Below are positions 32,232 through 42,451 of a stretch of DNA of 64,000 nucleotides, piece by piece. The stretch is from a bacterium (GTDB taxonomy: Bacteria; Pseudomonadota; Gammaproteobacteria; GCA-002705445; GCA-002716945), in assembly GCA_029979505.1 (NCBI GenBank), contig JAPOHH010000003.1, positions 8,635-72,634 of the forward strand, written 5' to 3'. How positions within the stretch are numbered: the stretch's first letter is position 1; every line of letters starts with the position of its first letter. Position numbers and translations under genes: made by a program. A model generated the notes under the pieces. It searched no databases. It had not been told where the DNA came from and was given only the letters and a program-made list of their open reading frames with translations.

Positions 32232-33991
32232 TACTTAATTTTATTTGTTTTTATACTCAATTCTCTAAGTTGAGAAGCATTTATTTCAGTAGGAGCATCT
32301 GTTAATAGACAAGCAGATGATTGCGTCTTAGGAAAAGCAATAGTGTCTCTTATTGATGGGAGATTCATGAGTATCATAACAAGCCTGTCTAGACCGAATG
32401 CTATGCCTGCATGCGGAGGACATCCATATTCAAGCGCCTTTAAAAAGAAACCAAATTTGTTCTCAATTTCTTCATCAGACAATCCTAACGCTTTAAATAC
32501 ACTTAGCTGGAGTGATTTCTTATGTATACGAACAGAACCGCCTCCGATTTCATTACCATTTAGAGTTAAATCATATGCTCTAGATAATGTTTTGTCAGTG
32601 AATTCATCCGTATGACCTTCTGATGGTGATGTGAATGGATGATGAAGAGATGTAAGCTGCTGTGTGTTGTTATCATACTCAAACATTGGATAATCAACTA
32701 TCCATAAAAACTTATAGCCATCCTCAATGATATCTAAATCTTTACCAAGATTATGAATTAATGCAGACATCGAGCTATTAACAATATCTGATGTATCCGC
32801 AGAAAAGAAAATCAAATCACCATTGTTCGCATTTACAACATTTAATATGTCTTTTATTTCTTCTTTATTAAGAAATTTTTTAATGGGTGAACTAATTCCA
32901 TTATCAATATTATTGATATCATCAATTTTAAAATACGCAAGACCTTTTGCGCCAAAGCTTTTAACAAGCTCTGTGTATTTGTCGATATTTTTTCTACTCA
33001 TCGTGCTGCCGTTAGGTACATTTAGTGCAACAATTCTTGTTTTTTCATTATTGATACAATCTTTGAAAACTTTAAATTCTGTATTTATAAGTAGATTCTT
33101 TATATCTTTCAATTCAAGTGGATTTCTTAAATCAGGTTTGTCACAACCATATTTTTCCATTGAATCTTTATAAGTAATTTTTGGAAATTCTAAATTAGCA
33201 TTTTTATCAACCAATGAAGAAAAAATACTTTTCATTAACGACTCAGTTAAATTAATAATGTCATCCTCATCACAAAAAGAACACTCTATATCAAGTTGTG
33301 TGAATTCAGGTTGACGATCCGCTCTAAGATCTTCATCGCGGAAGCATTTTGCAATTTGAAAATACTTATCCATACCAGCAATCATTAATAATTGTTTAAA
33401 CAGCTGAGGTGATTGTGGTAGTGCAAAAAAGTTCGTTTTATGTACTCGACTTGGTACAAGATAATCTCGGGCACCCTCCGGAGTAGGCTTTGTTAATACT
33501 GGAGTTTCAATTTCATTAAAATCATTATCAGACAGATGGTTTCGAATACTATTGTAAAGTTTAGACCTGAATCTGAGGTTATCTTGCATCTTTGCACCTC
33601 GTAAATCAATATACCTATATTGAAGTCTGAGATCTTCGTTCGTTTTTTCATCATTAATTTTGAACGGTGGAGTTTTTGAGGTGTTTAGAATTAGTAATTG
33701 CTCAGCGATTAATTCAATCTCCCCAGTCTTCATATCGCTATTTATAGTTCCTTCTAATCTTTTGTTTATAGTTCCGGTAATTTCTAGTACATATTCTGAT
33801 CTAAGGCTTTGAGCCATATCAAATATTTTCTCAGCATCAGGGTTAAAAACAATTTGAAGAATGCCAGTATGATCTCTCAAATCAATAAAGATAACTCCTC
33901 CATGGTCTCTCCTAGTATTAACCCATCCTTTTACTTTTAGGATCTCATTGATATTTTCGTTATCAATCTGCCCGCAATAAGTTCTTTTCAT
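32231..33991 (-). CDS. aspS: aspartyl-tRNA synthetase
   Basis: 586 aa. Anticodon-binding OB domain plus a class II core with an insertion domain. Confidence 0.9.
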   Translation of the reverse strand: MKRTYCGQIDNENINEILKVKGWVNTRRDHGGVIFIDLRDHTGILQIVFNPDAEKIFDMAQSLRSEYVLEITGTINKRLEGTINSDMKTGEIELIAEQLLILNTSKTPPFKINDEKTNEDLRLQYRYIDLRGAKMQDNLRFRSKLYNSIRNHLSDNDFNEIETPVLTKPTPEGARDYLVPSRVHKTNFFALPQSPQLFKQLLMIAGMDKYFQIAKCFRDEDLRADRQPEFTQLDIECSFCDEDDIINLTESLMKSIFSSLVDKNANLEFPKITYKDSMEKYGCDKPDLRNPLELKDIKNLLINTEFKVFKDCINNEKTRIVALNVPNGSTMSRKNIDKYTELVKSFGAKGLAYFKIDDINNIDNGISSPIKKFLNKEEIKDILNVVNANNGDLIFFSADTSDIVNSSMSALIHNLGKDLDIIEDGYKFLWIVDYPMFEYDNNTQQLTSLHHPFTSPSEGHTDEFTDKTLSRAYDLTLNGNEIGGGSVRIHKKSLQLSVFKALGLSDEEIENKFGFFLKALEYGCPPHAGIAFGLDRLVMILMNLPSIRDTIAFPKTQSSACLLTDAPTEINASQLRELSIKTNKIK

Positions 33992-33992
33992 T

Positions 33993-34205
33993 CTATGAAT
34001 CCGTTTTTTTTGTATGAGTTTTTTTTGTTTTAAAGTCAGTTTCGTACCAACCGGAGCCCTTTAGTCTAAAGCCTGATGAAGATACAAGCCTATGAACGCT
34101 CCCTTTTTCATCACACCTACATATAGTAAGCTTTTTATCAGATATTTTTTGGATTACTTCAAAAACTTTTCCGCAATCATCACATTTATATTCGTATATA
34201 GGCAT
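33993..34205 (-). CDS. FmdB-family zinc-ribbon protein
   Basis: 70 aa. MPIYEYKCDDCGKVFE...CRC forms a CxxC...CxC zinc ribbon. Confidence 0.7.
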   Translation of the reverse strand: MPIYEYKCDDCGKVFEVIQKISDKKLTICRCDEKGSVHRLVSSSGFRLKGSGWYETDFKTKKTHTKKTDS

Positions 34206-34210
34206 ATTTA

Positions 34211-34224
34211 TTGATTTAAATCAT
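34211..34224. promoter_or_regulatory. FNR/CRP-family-like site TTGAT-TTAA-ATCAT
   Basis: Matches the FNR consensus TTGATnnnnATCAA at 9 of 10 half-site positions. Lies in the divergent region between the FmdB-like gene and the c4 cytochrome pair. A TATAAT is at 34284-34289. Confidence 0.35.
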
Positions 34225-34301
34225 TTAAGACACGATGATATTATACAAAAAAAATCTTCTTTTATCTCTTTTAAATTTAATGCTATAATGCCACAAATTT
34301 T

Positions 34302-34610
34302 ATGAAAGCCATACTCAAAAGCGTAACGTTAACAATCTTATTCTCTTCTTACGTCTATGCTACAGATGAGTATACTGGTAAAGAAAAAGCGGAAACATGC
34401 CTTGGATGCCATGCTATCGAGGGTTATAACAACACTTACCCAACATACAAAGTACCTAAATTAGGCGGCCAACATGCAGATTACATCGTTTCTGCGCTTA
34501 AAGCTTACCAGAAGGGTGACCGTAAACATGAAACAATGCATGCTAACGCGTCTGGATTATCTGATGAAGATATCCAAGATATTGCAAAATACTTTGAGTC
34601 AATTCAATGA
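34302..34610 (+). CDS. monoheme cytochrome c, c4-like domain (N-domain type)
   Basis: 102 aa. Signal peptide and a CLGCHA heme motif. The PKLGGQHADYIVSALKAYQKGDRKH...LSDEDIQDIAKYF pattern matches a cytochrome c4 half. Confidence 0.7.
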   Translation: MKAILKSVTLTILFSSYVYATDEYTGKEKAETCLGCHAIEGYNNTYPTYKVPKLGGQHADYIVSALKAYQKGDRKHETMHANASGLSDEDIQDIAKYFESIQ

Positions 34611-34933
34611 TGAAATATTTTCCAATTATATTACTAATTAGTATATTCAGCGATTTAGTAATTGCAGACAGTAGCTTTAATCGTGGTAAAGAAAAATCAG
34701 TCACATGCTCTGCGTGTCATGGATCAGATGGCAATAGTAATAATAAGATGTATCCAAGACTTGCTGGGCAATATAAAAACTATCTAATACATTCATTAAA
34801 AGCATATAAAAGCGGTTCCAGACAAAACGCTATAATGAGTGGGTTCGCGGCTGGGTTATCAGATCAAGATATAATAGATTTATCGACTTACTACTCAAAG
34901 CAGAAGGGTTTAAATATCATACCTAAAAATTAA
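34607..34933 (+). CDS. monoheme cytochrome c, c4-like domain (C-domain type)
   Basis: 108 aa. Own signal peptide and a CSACHG heme motif. PRLAGQYKNYLIHSLKAYKSGSRQNAIM...LSDQDIIDLSTYY matches the second c4 half. Overlaps the upstream gene by ATGA. Confidence 0.7.
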   Translation: MMKYFPIILLISIFSDLVIADSSFNRGKEKSVTCSACHGSDGNSNNKMYPRLAGQYKNYLIHSLKAYKSGSRQNAIMSGFAAGLSDQDIIDLSTYYSKQKGLNIIPKN

Positions 34934-37900
34934 TTATCTTTCTCTATCAAAACATACAATGCAGGTATCAAATACAAAGTAATAAAAGAAGCTAAAGCTA
35001 TTCCTCCAAAAACTACCACGGCCATTGCAAAACGACTCTCTGCACCAGCACCTGAACTTAATATCAAAGGTATTGATCCCAGTAAAGTTGAAATTGTTGT
35101 CATAATGACAGGCCTAAACCTAATTATAGATGACTCTAATATAGCTTGTGATTTTTTCATACCCTCACTTTTGAGTTGATTAGCAAATTCTACAACCAAG
35201 ATACCATTCTTAGCAATCAATCCAATAAGCATCAAAAAACCTATTTGACTATAAACATTTAAAGAACCACCTGTAACAAACAAAGAGTATATACCTGCTG
35301 TCATTGTTATGGGGACAGTTAAAATAATAATTAATGGATTTCTGAAACTTTCAAACTGAGCAGCTAATACTAGATAAACAACTAAAACAGCAAGTAATAT
35401 TGTTAGTTCTAATTTGTAGCCAGTCTCAAAATACTCTTTTGATGCACCAGCAAAAGAAATTTTAGCATTAGAAGGAAGTATTTCTTCAGCTGACTTAGTT
35501 AAATCATTTAATATAGTACCCAATGATGCTCCGGGCGTCGTGGATGCCGATAAAGTTACCGATGGAAGACGATTAACTCGCTTTAAGCTTTTGCTAGTTG
35601 CCTCAATTGAATTACTAGTTAGGTTGCTAAGTGGGACTAGTTCATTGCTTATGTTTGATTTGATGAAAATATTATCCAAATTAGATTCATCTTTTAAGTA
35701 TTTATCATCGGCTTTAATTATTACATTATAAGTTAAGCCATCTTTAGAAAAACTTGTTACTTTGCGTGAGCCATATAATGCATCAAGGGTAATAGCAATA
35801 TCTTCAGCTGAAATTCCAAGATTTGATGCGGAATCCCTATTAATTTTGAGATTTATTCTTGGCTTGTCAACTTTATAGTCAATTCTTGCATTACGAAGAC
35901 CTATTTCATTAGAACTGTCTTGAATCAGCTGCCCCCATTCACCAACCTGTTCATAATTTGTTCCACTGATTACGAATCGTACTGGAGATTTAAAAGGACT
36001 TTGGCCTAAACTTGGAGGATTAATAGCGAAAATCATTGCACCTGGCATCGATATAAGTTTTGGGAATATTTCTCTAACGATTTCTTTTTGATGCCTAGAT
36101 CTACTTTCCCATGGTGTGAGAGATGCAAAAATAAAAGCCGAATTAACACTTCCTGGCTCGCCAGAAAATCCAGGAGCAACTATTGCAAATACAGTCTTAA
36201 TTTCACCACTATCCACATACTCAGATAAGATAGTTTCAACTTTATTTACCATATTATTTGTATACTCTATTGAAGAACCTTCTGGGGCATTTACTGAAAC
36301 AATAAATATACCTCTATCTTCCGATGGAGCAAGTTCTTTTGGAAGAAATTGGAATAATAAAACTGATATTAGTATAAAAACAATAGTAACAATATAAACT
36401 ATCTTTGGTTTTTTTTGTGACTGCATCAATGATTTATGATAGAAATCTTTGAACCTATAAAATACCTTTCTCTCTGATGAATTTGTGTTTTTTTCAAGAA
36501 GTTTAGAACACATCATTGGGGTAAGCGTCAGAGCTACAAAACTTGATATGATTACAGCAAAAGATAATACAACTCCGAACTCTATAAATAGTCTTCCTGT
36601 TTTACCTCCCATGAATGATAAAGGCAAAAATACACTTACTAGAACAAGTGTAGTTGCAATAACAACGAACGTAATTTGCTTTGCTCCGTTTATAGATGCT
36701 GAATAGTTATCTTCCCCACTTTCAATTTTTCTTTTAATGTTCTCCATCACAACTATTGAATCATCTACAATCAATCCTATTGCTAAAACTAGAGCTAAGA
36801 AAGTCAACACATTGAGAGAATAACCAAAAATATGAATAACAAAAAAAGTACCTATAATTGAAATTGGTATAGTAATCGCTGGAATTATTGTCGCAGTTTT
36901 AGATGATAAAAAATAATAGATAATAAGGATAACCAATATCATTGATACTGTAAGAGCAAATCTTATCTCACTGATAGATTCTCTTACAAATTTAGACTGA
37001 TCATATCCAATGGTCATATTTATATTTTCAGGAAGAGAGGGTTTAATTAGTTCAAGCTCGTTTTTTATATTATCAGTAACATCAAGAACATTAGATTTAG
37101 TTTGCCTAACAATTCCTAGGCCTATTGCACTTTTACCATTAGCTCTTAAAAATCCTCTGTCTGACTCAGGGCCAATTTCTATTTCTGCTACATCCGATAA
37201 TAATATTTTCGAGTCTCCGAAATGTTTTATAACAACATTGTTATACTCATTTAGTGTTCTTAATTTAGTATCAAGCTTAATACCAATTTCTCTTTGAATA
37301 GACTCAAAACGTCCTGCACCTCTTTCTATGTTTTCTCTCTTGATAGCATTTATAACTTCTACAACAGTTAAGCCTCTTGATGATATCTCCTCTGGATTCA
37401 TCCATACTCTCACAGAATATTTTCTTTCTCCTCCAATTGTTATCGAGGCAACGCCAGGCTGTATGGACAGCCTATCAACTACATTTCTATCTAAATAATC
37501 ATTAAGTTGAATATCTGTTAATGTGTCGCTAGAGAAACCAATCCACATTATCGCACGTGCATCTGAATCAGATTTAGCTATACGAGGATTATCAGCTTCT
37601 TCTGGTAGCAATGCAGCTACTCTAGAGACCTTATCTCTTACATCATTTGCTGCAGTGTCTAGATTTGTCTCTAGTGTAAATTCTATTCTTATTTTTGATA
37701 GTTCATCTCTACTTTCAGATGTAATTTCTCTGATACCAGAAATTCCTGAAAGAGAATCTTCTATAACTTCTGTAACATCTCTTTCAAGGATTTTTGATGA
37801 AGCTCCAGTATAGATTGTACTTACTGTTACTACAGGTCGATCAATATCTGGATATTCTCGGATTGTTAATTTATCGTATGATGCTAATCCAATTAAAATT

Positions 37901-37962
37901 ACAAAAAGACTTAAAACAGTAGCAAAGACAGGACGCTTAACAGTGACTTCTGAAATATGCAT
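34930..37962 (-). CDS. RND efflux transporter, AcrB/AcrD/AcrF family
   Basis: 1010 aa, predicted 12-TM, with large periplasmic loops. Confidence 0.85.
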   Translation of the reverse strand: MHISEVTVKRPVFATVLSLFVILIGLASYDKLTIREYPDIDRPVVTVSTIYTGASSKILERDVTEVIEDSLSGISGIREITSESRDELSKIRIEFTLETNLDTAANDVRDKVSRVAALLPEEADNPRIAKSDSDARAIMWIGFSSDTLTDIQLNDYLDRNVVDRLSIQPGVASITIGGERKYSVRVWMNPEEISSRGLTVVEVINAIKRENIERGAGRFESIQREIGIKLDTKLRTLNEYNNVVIKHFGDSKILLSDVAEIEIGPESDRGFLRANGKSAIGLGIVRQTKSNVLDVTDNIKNELELIKPSLPENINMTIGYDQSKFVRESISEIRFALTVSMILVILIIYYFLSSKTATIIPAITIPISIIGTFFVIHIFGYSLNVLTFLALVLAIGLIVDDSIVVMENIKRKIESGEDNYSASINGAKQITFVVIATTLVLVSVFLPLSFMGGKTGRLFIEFGVVLSFAVIISSFVALTLTPMMCSKLLEKNTNSSERKVFYRFKDFYHKSLMQSQKKPKIVYIVTIVFILISVLLFQFLPKELAPSEDRGIFIVSVNAPEGSSIEYTNNMVNKVETILSEYVDSGEIKTVFAIVAPGFSGEPGSVNSAFIFASLTPWESRSRHQKEIVREIFPKLISMPGAMIFAINPPSLGQSPFKSPVRFVISGTNYEQVGEWGQLIQDSSNEIGLRNARIDYKVDKPRINLKINRDSASNLGISAEDIAITLDALYGSRKVTSFSKDGLTYNVIIKADDKYLKDESNLDNIFIKSNISNELVPLSNLTSNSIEATSKSLKRVNRLPSVTLSASTTPGASLGTILNDLTKSAEEILPSNAKISFAGASKEYFETGYKLELTILLAVLVVYLVLAAQFESFRNPLIIILTVPITMTAGIYSLFVTGGSLNVYSQIGFLMLIGLIAKNGILVVEFANQLKSEGMKKSQAILESSIIRFRPVIMTTISTLLGSIPLILSSGAGAESRFAMAVVVFGGIALASFITLYLIPALYVLIEKDN

Positions 37963-38867
37963 TAGTTATTTATAATTTTTATTTTAGACCCATCTTTGAG
38001 TTTTTCATGTCCGAGTGTAATTATAAGATTATTAGGTTTAATTCCATCAATGATTTGTGTTTTTCCATTATTCGTTATACCTAGAGATACTTTTTTAAGT
38101 TTTGCAATGCCGTTATCGGCAACAAACACGTAACTATAATCTTTTGCAGTTAGAATAGACTGCTCAGGAACAAGCATACTGTTTGAAATTTCATCAAGAA
38201 TAATATTTATATTCATCAATAGTCCCGGACGTAGGTTGTTATTTTTATTTTCTATAATGGCATAAGCTTTAATAGTACGTGTTTCTGTGTCAACCCTTTG
38301 GTCTAAGTTTGTTATGACACCTGAATATATTTGATTGGGGAAGAGTTTAGAGCTTGCAACATATTTAATTGATTTTTTTATTTGTGGAAGAATTTTTTCG
38401 GGTAAATATATGTATGCTTTCATATAAGACATATCATCAAGAGTAAGTAATAAATCTCCATTTTTTAATTTATCGCCTATTTTAAAATCTGTTATACCAA
38501 CGTAACCATCAAAAGGAGCTGTAATAACAATCTCTCCAACAGAATTGGTTGATAATATAGAAAAAAGACGTGTACCTTTTACAACTAATGAAGACTCATT
38601 AAAGAAAATATCATTAAGAATACCATCCGTTTTAGATGTAACGTTGTATGATTGTTTCGATTCTATCACTGACGTTGCTGGATAAATTCTATTAATAGTA
38701 TTAATTTCAACTTGTTCTGCATGCACTGATACAATCCTAGTTTTATTAGCAAATGATTTATAGAATTGTATTTTTGAATACAAACTAATAGCACCATACA
38801 ATAATCCTATAATAATCAATGCTCCAATTATTTGAAAAGGTTTAATTTCTTTAATTATATTTTTCAT
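37962..38867 (-). CDS. RND efflux periplasmic adaptor (HlyD/AcrA family)
   Basis: 301 aa. N-terminal TM anchor and a biotinyl-lipoyl-like/beta-barrel organisation. Overlaps the RND transporter start. Confidence 0.7.
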   Translation of the reverse strand: MKNIIKEIKPFQIIGALIIIGLLYGAISLYSKIQFYKSFANKTRIVSVHAEQVEINTINRIYPATSVIESKQSYNVTSKTDGILNDIFFNESSLVVKGTRLFSILSTNSVGEIVITAPFDGYVGITDFKIGDKLKNGDLLLTLDDMSYMKAYIYLPEKILPQIKKSIKYVASSKLFPNQIYSGVITNLDQRVDTETRTIKAYAIIENKNNNLRPGLLMNINIILDEISNSMLVPEQSILTAKDYSYVFVADNGIAKLKKVSLGITNNGKTQIIDGIKPNNLIITLGHEKLKDGSKIKIINN

Positions 38868-39592
38868 GAATTATCGAACCATATTAATGATATAAATCGC
38901 CCTGTTGTTTTATCTCTTCTGTAAGAGAAAAATTGTTGATTATCGTAAGTACAAGCACATGATATTGTAACATCACTAATGCCTTGACGTGATAATATTT
39001 CGTTAGCTATATGTCTTAAGTCCATATTATATTTACCATTATTATTATAAGTAAAATACTTGGAATATTCTGGAAATAAATCGAAAATAGATTGATCAAC
39101 TTCATACCTGTTCTTGCTTATACTTGGGCCTATAAGGACTTTGAAATCAGATATATTAGAGTTTTGAAATTTTTTAAAAAAATTTTCAATTATTCCATTA
39201 GCAAGACCTTTCCAGCCAGCATGAATGCAACCTATAAAATTACCTACTTTATTAGTTATCAATATTGGTAAACAGTCTGCTGTGATGACAGCACAAGCTA
39301 TCGATTTATTGTATGTGAATAAAGAATCACTATTGATATAGTTTTTATAATCAACAAGCTCATGGACTATATTTGAGTGAGATTGATTCATCAATGCAAT
39401 ATTTTTAATTGAGAGTTGTTTCTGGAGATTCATTACATTTAGTTTTGTGAGGCTATTAGGATTATTATATGGATTTGAGAAATCATCAAATTTAAATAAC
39501 TTTTCACTTTTATACTTCTTAGTCGATGAAATAAAAAAGTTAATATTTTTAGGAATATTCCATAATTCTTTATGACATTTAATAATTGTCAT
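38864..39592 (-). CDS. pgeF: peptidoglycan editing factor PgeF (YfiH family)
   Basis: 242 aa. HS..V, ADCLPILI and HAGWKG motifs. Downstream of rluD, as in E. coli. Confidence 0.8.
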   Translation of the reverse strand: MTIIKCHKELWNIPKNINFFISSTKKYKSEKLFKFDDFSNPYNNPNSLTKLNVMNLQKQLSIKNIALMNQSHSNIVHELVDYKNYINSDSLFTYNKSIACAVITADCLPILITNKVGNFIGCIHAGWKGLANGIIENFFKKFQNSNISDFKVLIGPSISKNRYEVDQSIFDLFPEYSKYFTYNNNGKYNMDLRHIANEILSRQGISDVTISCACTYDNQQFFSYRRDKTTGRFISLIWFDNS

Positions 39593-40527
39593 ATTTTTTC
39601 TAGTTCGTTAAGTAATAATCTGTATTCTTTTGGATATGGTGCAGTATAGATTTTAATTTTATTTGTAGTAGGATCGGTAAAAGTTAGTGAATATGCATGT
39701 AAATACTGTTCAAATGATTTATTAAATTTATCTAAAACATTTGGATATTTATTGAATATATTACTTTTAAAGCCATACGTTGTATCGCCAATAACTGGTT
39801 TATTAATGAATGATAAATGAACCCTAATTTGATGTGTACGTCCAGTAACAAGTTCAATTTCAACATGAGATGTATTTTTATGTATAGATAATGGTTTAAT
39901 TTTTGATAAAGCATATCTTCCATTAGTATTTACTGTCATTTTTTTTCTGTTAACTGCATGTCTAGAAATTGGTTCCTCTAACGTAATTGGTTTATCTATT
40001 AGTCTTGTAACAATTGCATGATAAAGTTTAGTAATTTTACGATCATGCAGTTGTTTACTTAAGATGTTATGTGAGGTCAGTTTTTTACAGATAATCAATA
40101 GTCCAGAAGTATTTTTATCAAGTCGATGTATTATTCCAGTTCTTGGTACTGTCCTGAGCTCAGGATATTTAAAATAAAGGGCATTTTGAAGTGTTCCAGT
40201 GTAGTTCCCTGGTGCTATATGCGTTACCATGCCTGATTCTTTATTTACTATTATATAATCATCCGTTTCATCTATGATATCTATATCAATATCTTCTGGA
40301 ACTAAATCAATTACAGGTTGGAATCTAATATTAATAGACACATCGCAGCTAGATGAAATCTTATCTTTTTGTGAACATGGATTGCCATTTATGAGGACAT
40401 CATTATTAGATATCCATCTTTGTATTGTAGATCTAGAATACTCAGGAAAATGATTAGATAGTAGTTTATCAACTCGTTCTGGTTGATCTACATCAAGTCT
40501 AAAATCATAAATATTAGAATGTTTCAT
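39589..40527 (-). CDS. rluD: 23S rRNA pseudouridine synthase RluD
   Basis: S4 domain plus an RluA-family catalytic HRLDKNTSGLLII motif. The ORF-track start at 40605 would overlap divergent bamD, so a start near 40527 (MKHSNIYDFRLDV) is more likely. Confidence 0.8.
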   Translation of the reverse strand: MKHSNIYDFRLDVDQPERVDKLLSNHFPEYSRSTIQRWISNNDVLINGNPCSQKDKISSSCDVSINIRFQPVIDLVPEDIDIDIIDETDDYIIVNKESGMVTHIAPGNYTGTLQNALYFKYPELRTVPRTGIIHRLDKNTSGLLIICKKLTSHNILSKQLHDRKITKLYHAIVTRLIDKPITLEEPISRHAVNRKKMTVNTNGRYALSKIKPLSIHKNTSHVEIELVTGRTHQIRVHLSFINKPVIGDTTYGFKSNIFNKYPNVLDKFNKSFEQYLHAYSLTFTDPTTNKIKIYTAPYPKEYRLLLNELEKI

Positions 40528-40544
40528 GATATAATAATATACTG

Positions 40545-41387
40545 ATGAGAAAATATAATCTTTCATTTGTTCTAGTATTCTTGGTTTTAATACAAGGCTG
40601 TGCATTCTTAGAGTCTGCTAAAGTTGACCCGTATGAAAGTATGAATGAGGAAAATCTATATTCTCAAGGTGCAATATTTCTTGGAAATGGAGATATTCCT
40701 TCAGCAATAACTGTTTTTGAAACATTAGAGGCTAAATATCCTTTTTCAACATACTCTCAGCAATCAATTTTAGATTTGGCTTTTGCTTATTATGAATTTG
40801 GACAGAAAGATGACACTATTGCCGAGTGTGACCGCTTTATTGATCTTTATCCCAATCATCCTAATCTAGATTATGCGTATTACCTAAGAGCATTATCTAA
40901 TTTAGAAAAAGAACAGCCATTCTTTCAAGATATACTTGGACAAGATGTCTCAAAATATGATGTTTCTAGACTAAAAGATGCTTACAACGATTTTTTATTT
41001 ATAGTTAACAGATTTAGTTCTAGTAAATATGCAGATGATGCAAAGAATCGTCTTGTATTTTTAAGAGACAGTATGGCAAAACATGAAGTATACATAGCAG
41101 AGTATTACCTCAAGAGACAAGCTTATATAGCCTCTAGCGAGAGAGCTAAATATATGCTTGAGAAATATCCTGGATCACCTGCAACAGAAGATGCGCTATT
41201 AGTTTTGATAAAAAGTTATAATAATTTAGGCTTAACTGATTTAGCAAAAGTAACAGCTGAGATTCTCGTTAAGAACTTTCAAAACTACAGTTTCAAATTA
41301 GCAGATGATTCTAAAATTGTGGTTACTAATATAAATGAAAATAATTTAGAAACTGATAGTTCTTTTTTCAACCTAGATTTATTTTAG
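40545..41387 (+). CDS. bamD: outer membrane assembly lipoprotein BamD (YfiO/ComL)
   Basis: 280 aa. Lipobox LIQGC and TPR repeats. Divergent from rluD, as in E. coli. Confidence 0.75.
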   Translation: MRKYNLSFVLVFLVLIQGCAFLESAKVDPYESMNEENLYSQGAIFLGNGDIPSAITVFETLEAKYPFSTYSQQSILDLAFAYYEFGQKDDTIAECDRFIDLYPNHPNLDYAYYLRALSNLEKEQPFFQDILGQDVSKYDVSRLKDAYNDFLFIVNRFSSSKYADDAKNRLVFLRDSMAKHEVYIAEYYLKRQAYIASSERAKYMLEKYPGSPATEDALLVLIKSYNNLGLTDLAKVTAEILVKNFQNYSFKLADDSKIVVTNINENNLETDSSFFNLDLF

Positions 41388-41388
41388 A

Positions 41389-42144
41389 TTAACTTTTCGG
41401 TAACTTACAAACAGGAATAGGCTTCATCTTATGAGAATTATTGAGCCTGATTTTTTCATATTCATTTCTGTTGATAGATTTGATGTTAGTCATTGCTTCC
41501 TCTAGCTCTTCGTATGACATACCTAGTTGATTCTCATCTGTTCTACCATCGTCCCACAACCCGTCTGTAGGTTCTGCATTGATTATTCTTTGATCTATTC
41601 CAAGCGTAATTGATAAATCTTTTACATCAGATTTCATTAAATCAGCGATTGGAGAAATATCAACACCTCCATCACCATATTTTGTATAAAATCCTACACC
41701 AAAATCTTCTACCTTATTGCCTGTCCCTATAACTAAACCATGATTTGATGCTGCAACTTGATACAATGTCATCATTCTTAATCTAGCTTTTGAATTAGCG
41801 AAACCGAGTTCTGACTCTTGATGCGTCCCTTGTAGAGTAGCATAAAATGACTGATACACTTTTGTTAAATCGATGACATGATGGCTTACATTATTGTATT
41901 TATTAATTAACCACTTAGAATGTATGCTTCCTAAATCAACTTGATTAGGATTAGTTTTTATTGGCATAGTCACAACGATTGTATTGATGCCGGTAATACT
42001 AGCAAGAGTGCTAGTTAGAGCTGAATCTATACCGCCAGATACTCCAATAACAAGCGTTTCAGCAGAATTAGGCATTTCATTTACATAATCGACAATCCAC
42101 TGGGCTATATATTGAATTTTCTGCGTATTATTCATCATAGGCAT
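41389..42144 (-). CDS. nadE: NH3-dependent NAD+ synthetase
   Basis: 251 aa. PP-loop SGGIDSALT. Confidence 0.85.
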   Translation of the reverse strand: MPMMNNTQKIQYIAQWIVDYVNEMPNSAETLVIGVSGGIDSALTSTLASITGINTIVVTMPIKTNPNQVDLGSIHSKWLINKYNNVSHHVIDLTKVYQSFYATLQGTHQESELGFANSKARLRMMTLYQVAASNHGLVIGTGNKVEDFGVGFYTKYGDGGVDISPIADLMKSDVKDLSITLGIDQRIINAEPTDGLWDDGRTDENQLGMSYEELEEAMTNIKSINRNEYEKIRLNNSHKMKPIPVCKLPKS

Positions 42145-42183
42145 ATATTAATTTAGTAGTTTGTATGAAATAATTTTAACATT

Positions 42184-42375
42184 GTGAAATTTATTATAAT
42201 TATTATAACTTTAGTAATTGCTTATTACCTAATAAATATTAGAAAGAGAAGCAAAGAAAAGCAAAATATGGCTACTAATAATATGGTTTTGTGCTTAGAA
42301 TGTGGTTATCATGTTCCAAAAAACTGTAAATGTAACTCATCAAAAGAGGTTAGTGAGTGTAGGAATAAGAAATGA
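42184..42375 (+). CDS. small hypothetical protein, N-terminal TM plus Cys-rich tail
   Basis: 63 aa. Tail reads CLECGYHVPKNCKCNSSKEVSEC. Translationally coupled (ATGA) to a further 26-codon ORF that overlaps the coaE start. No family recognised; may be spurious. Confidence 0.25.
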   Translation: MKFIIIIITLVIAYYLINIRKRSKEKQNMATNNMVLCLECGYHVPKNCKCNSSKEVSECRNKK

Positions 42376-42451
42376 AAGAAAGACAACCATTACTGATTAC
42401 TTTACTACTTATAATGACCTTAGGTATTACGTTAACATATATATTTAGATA

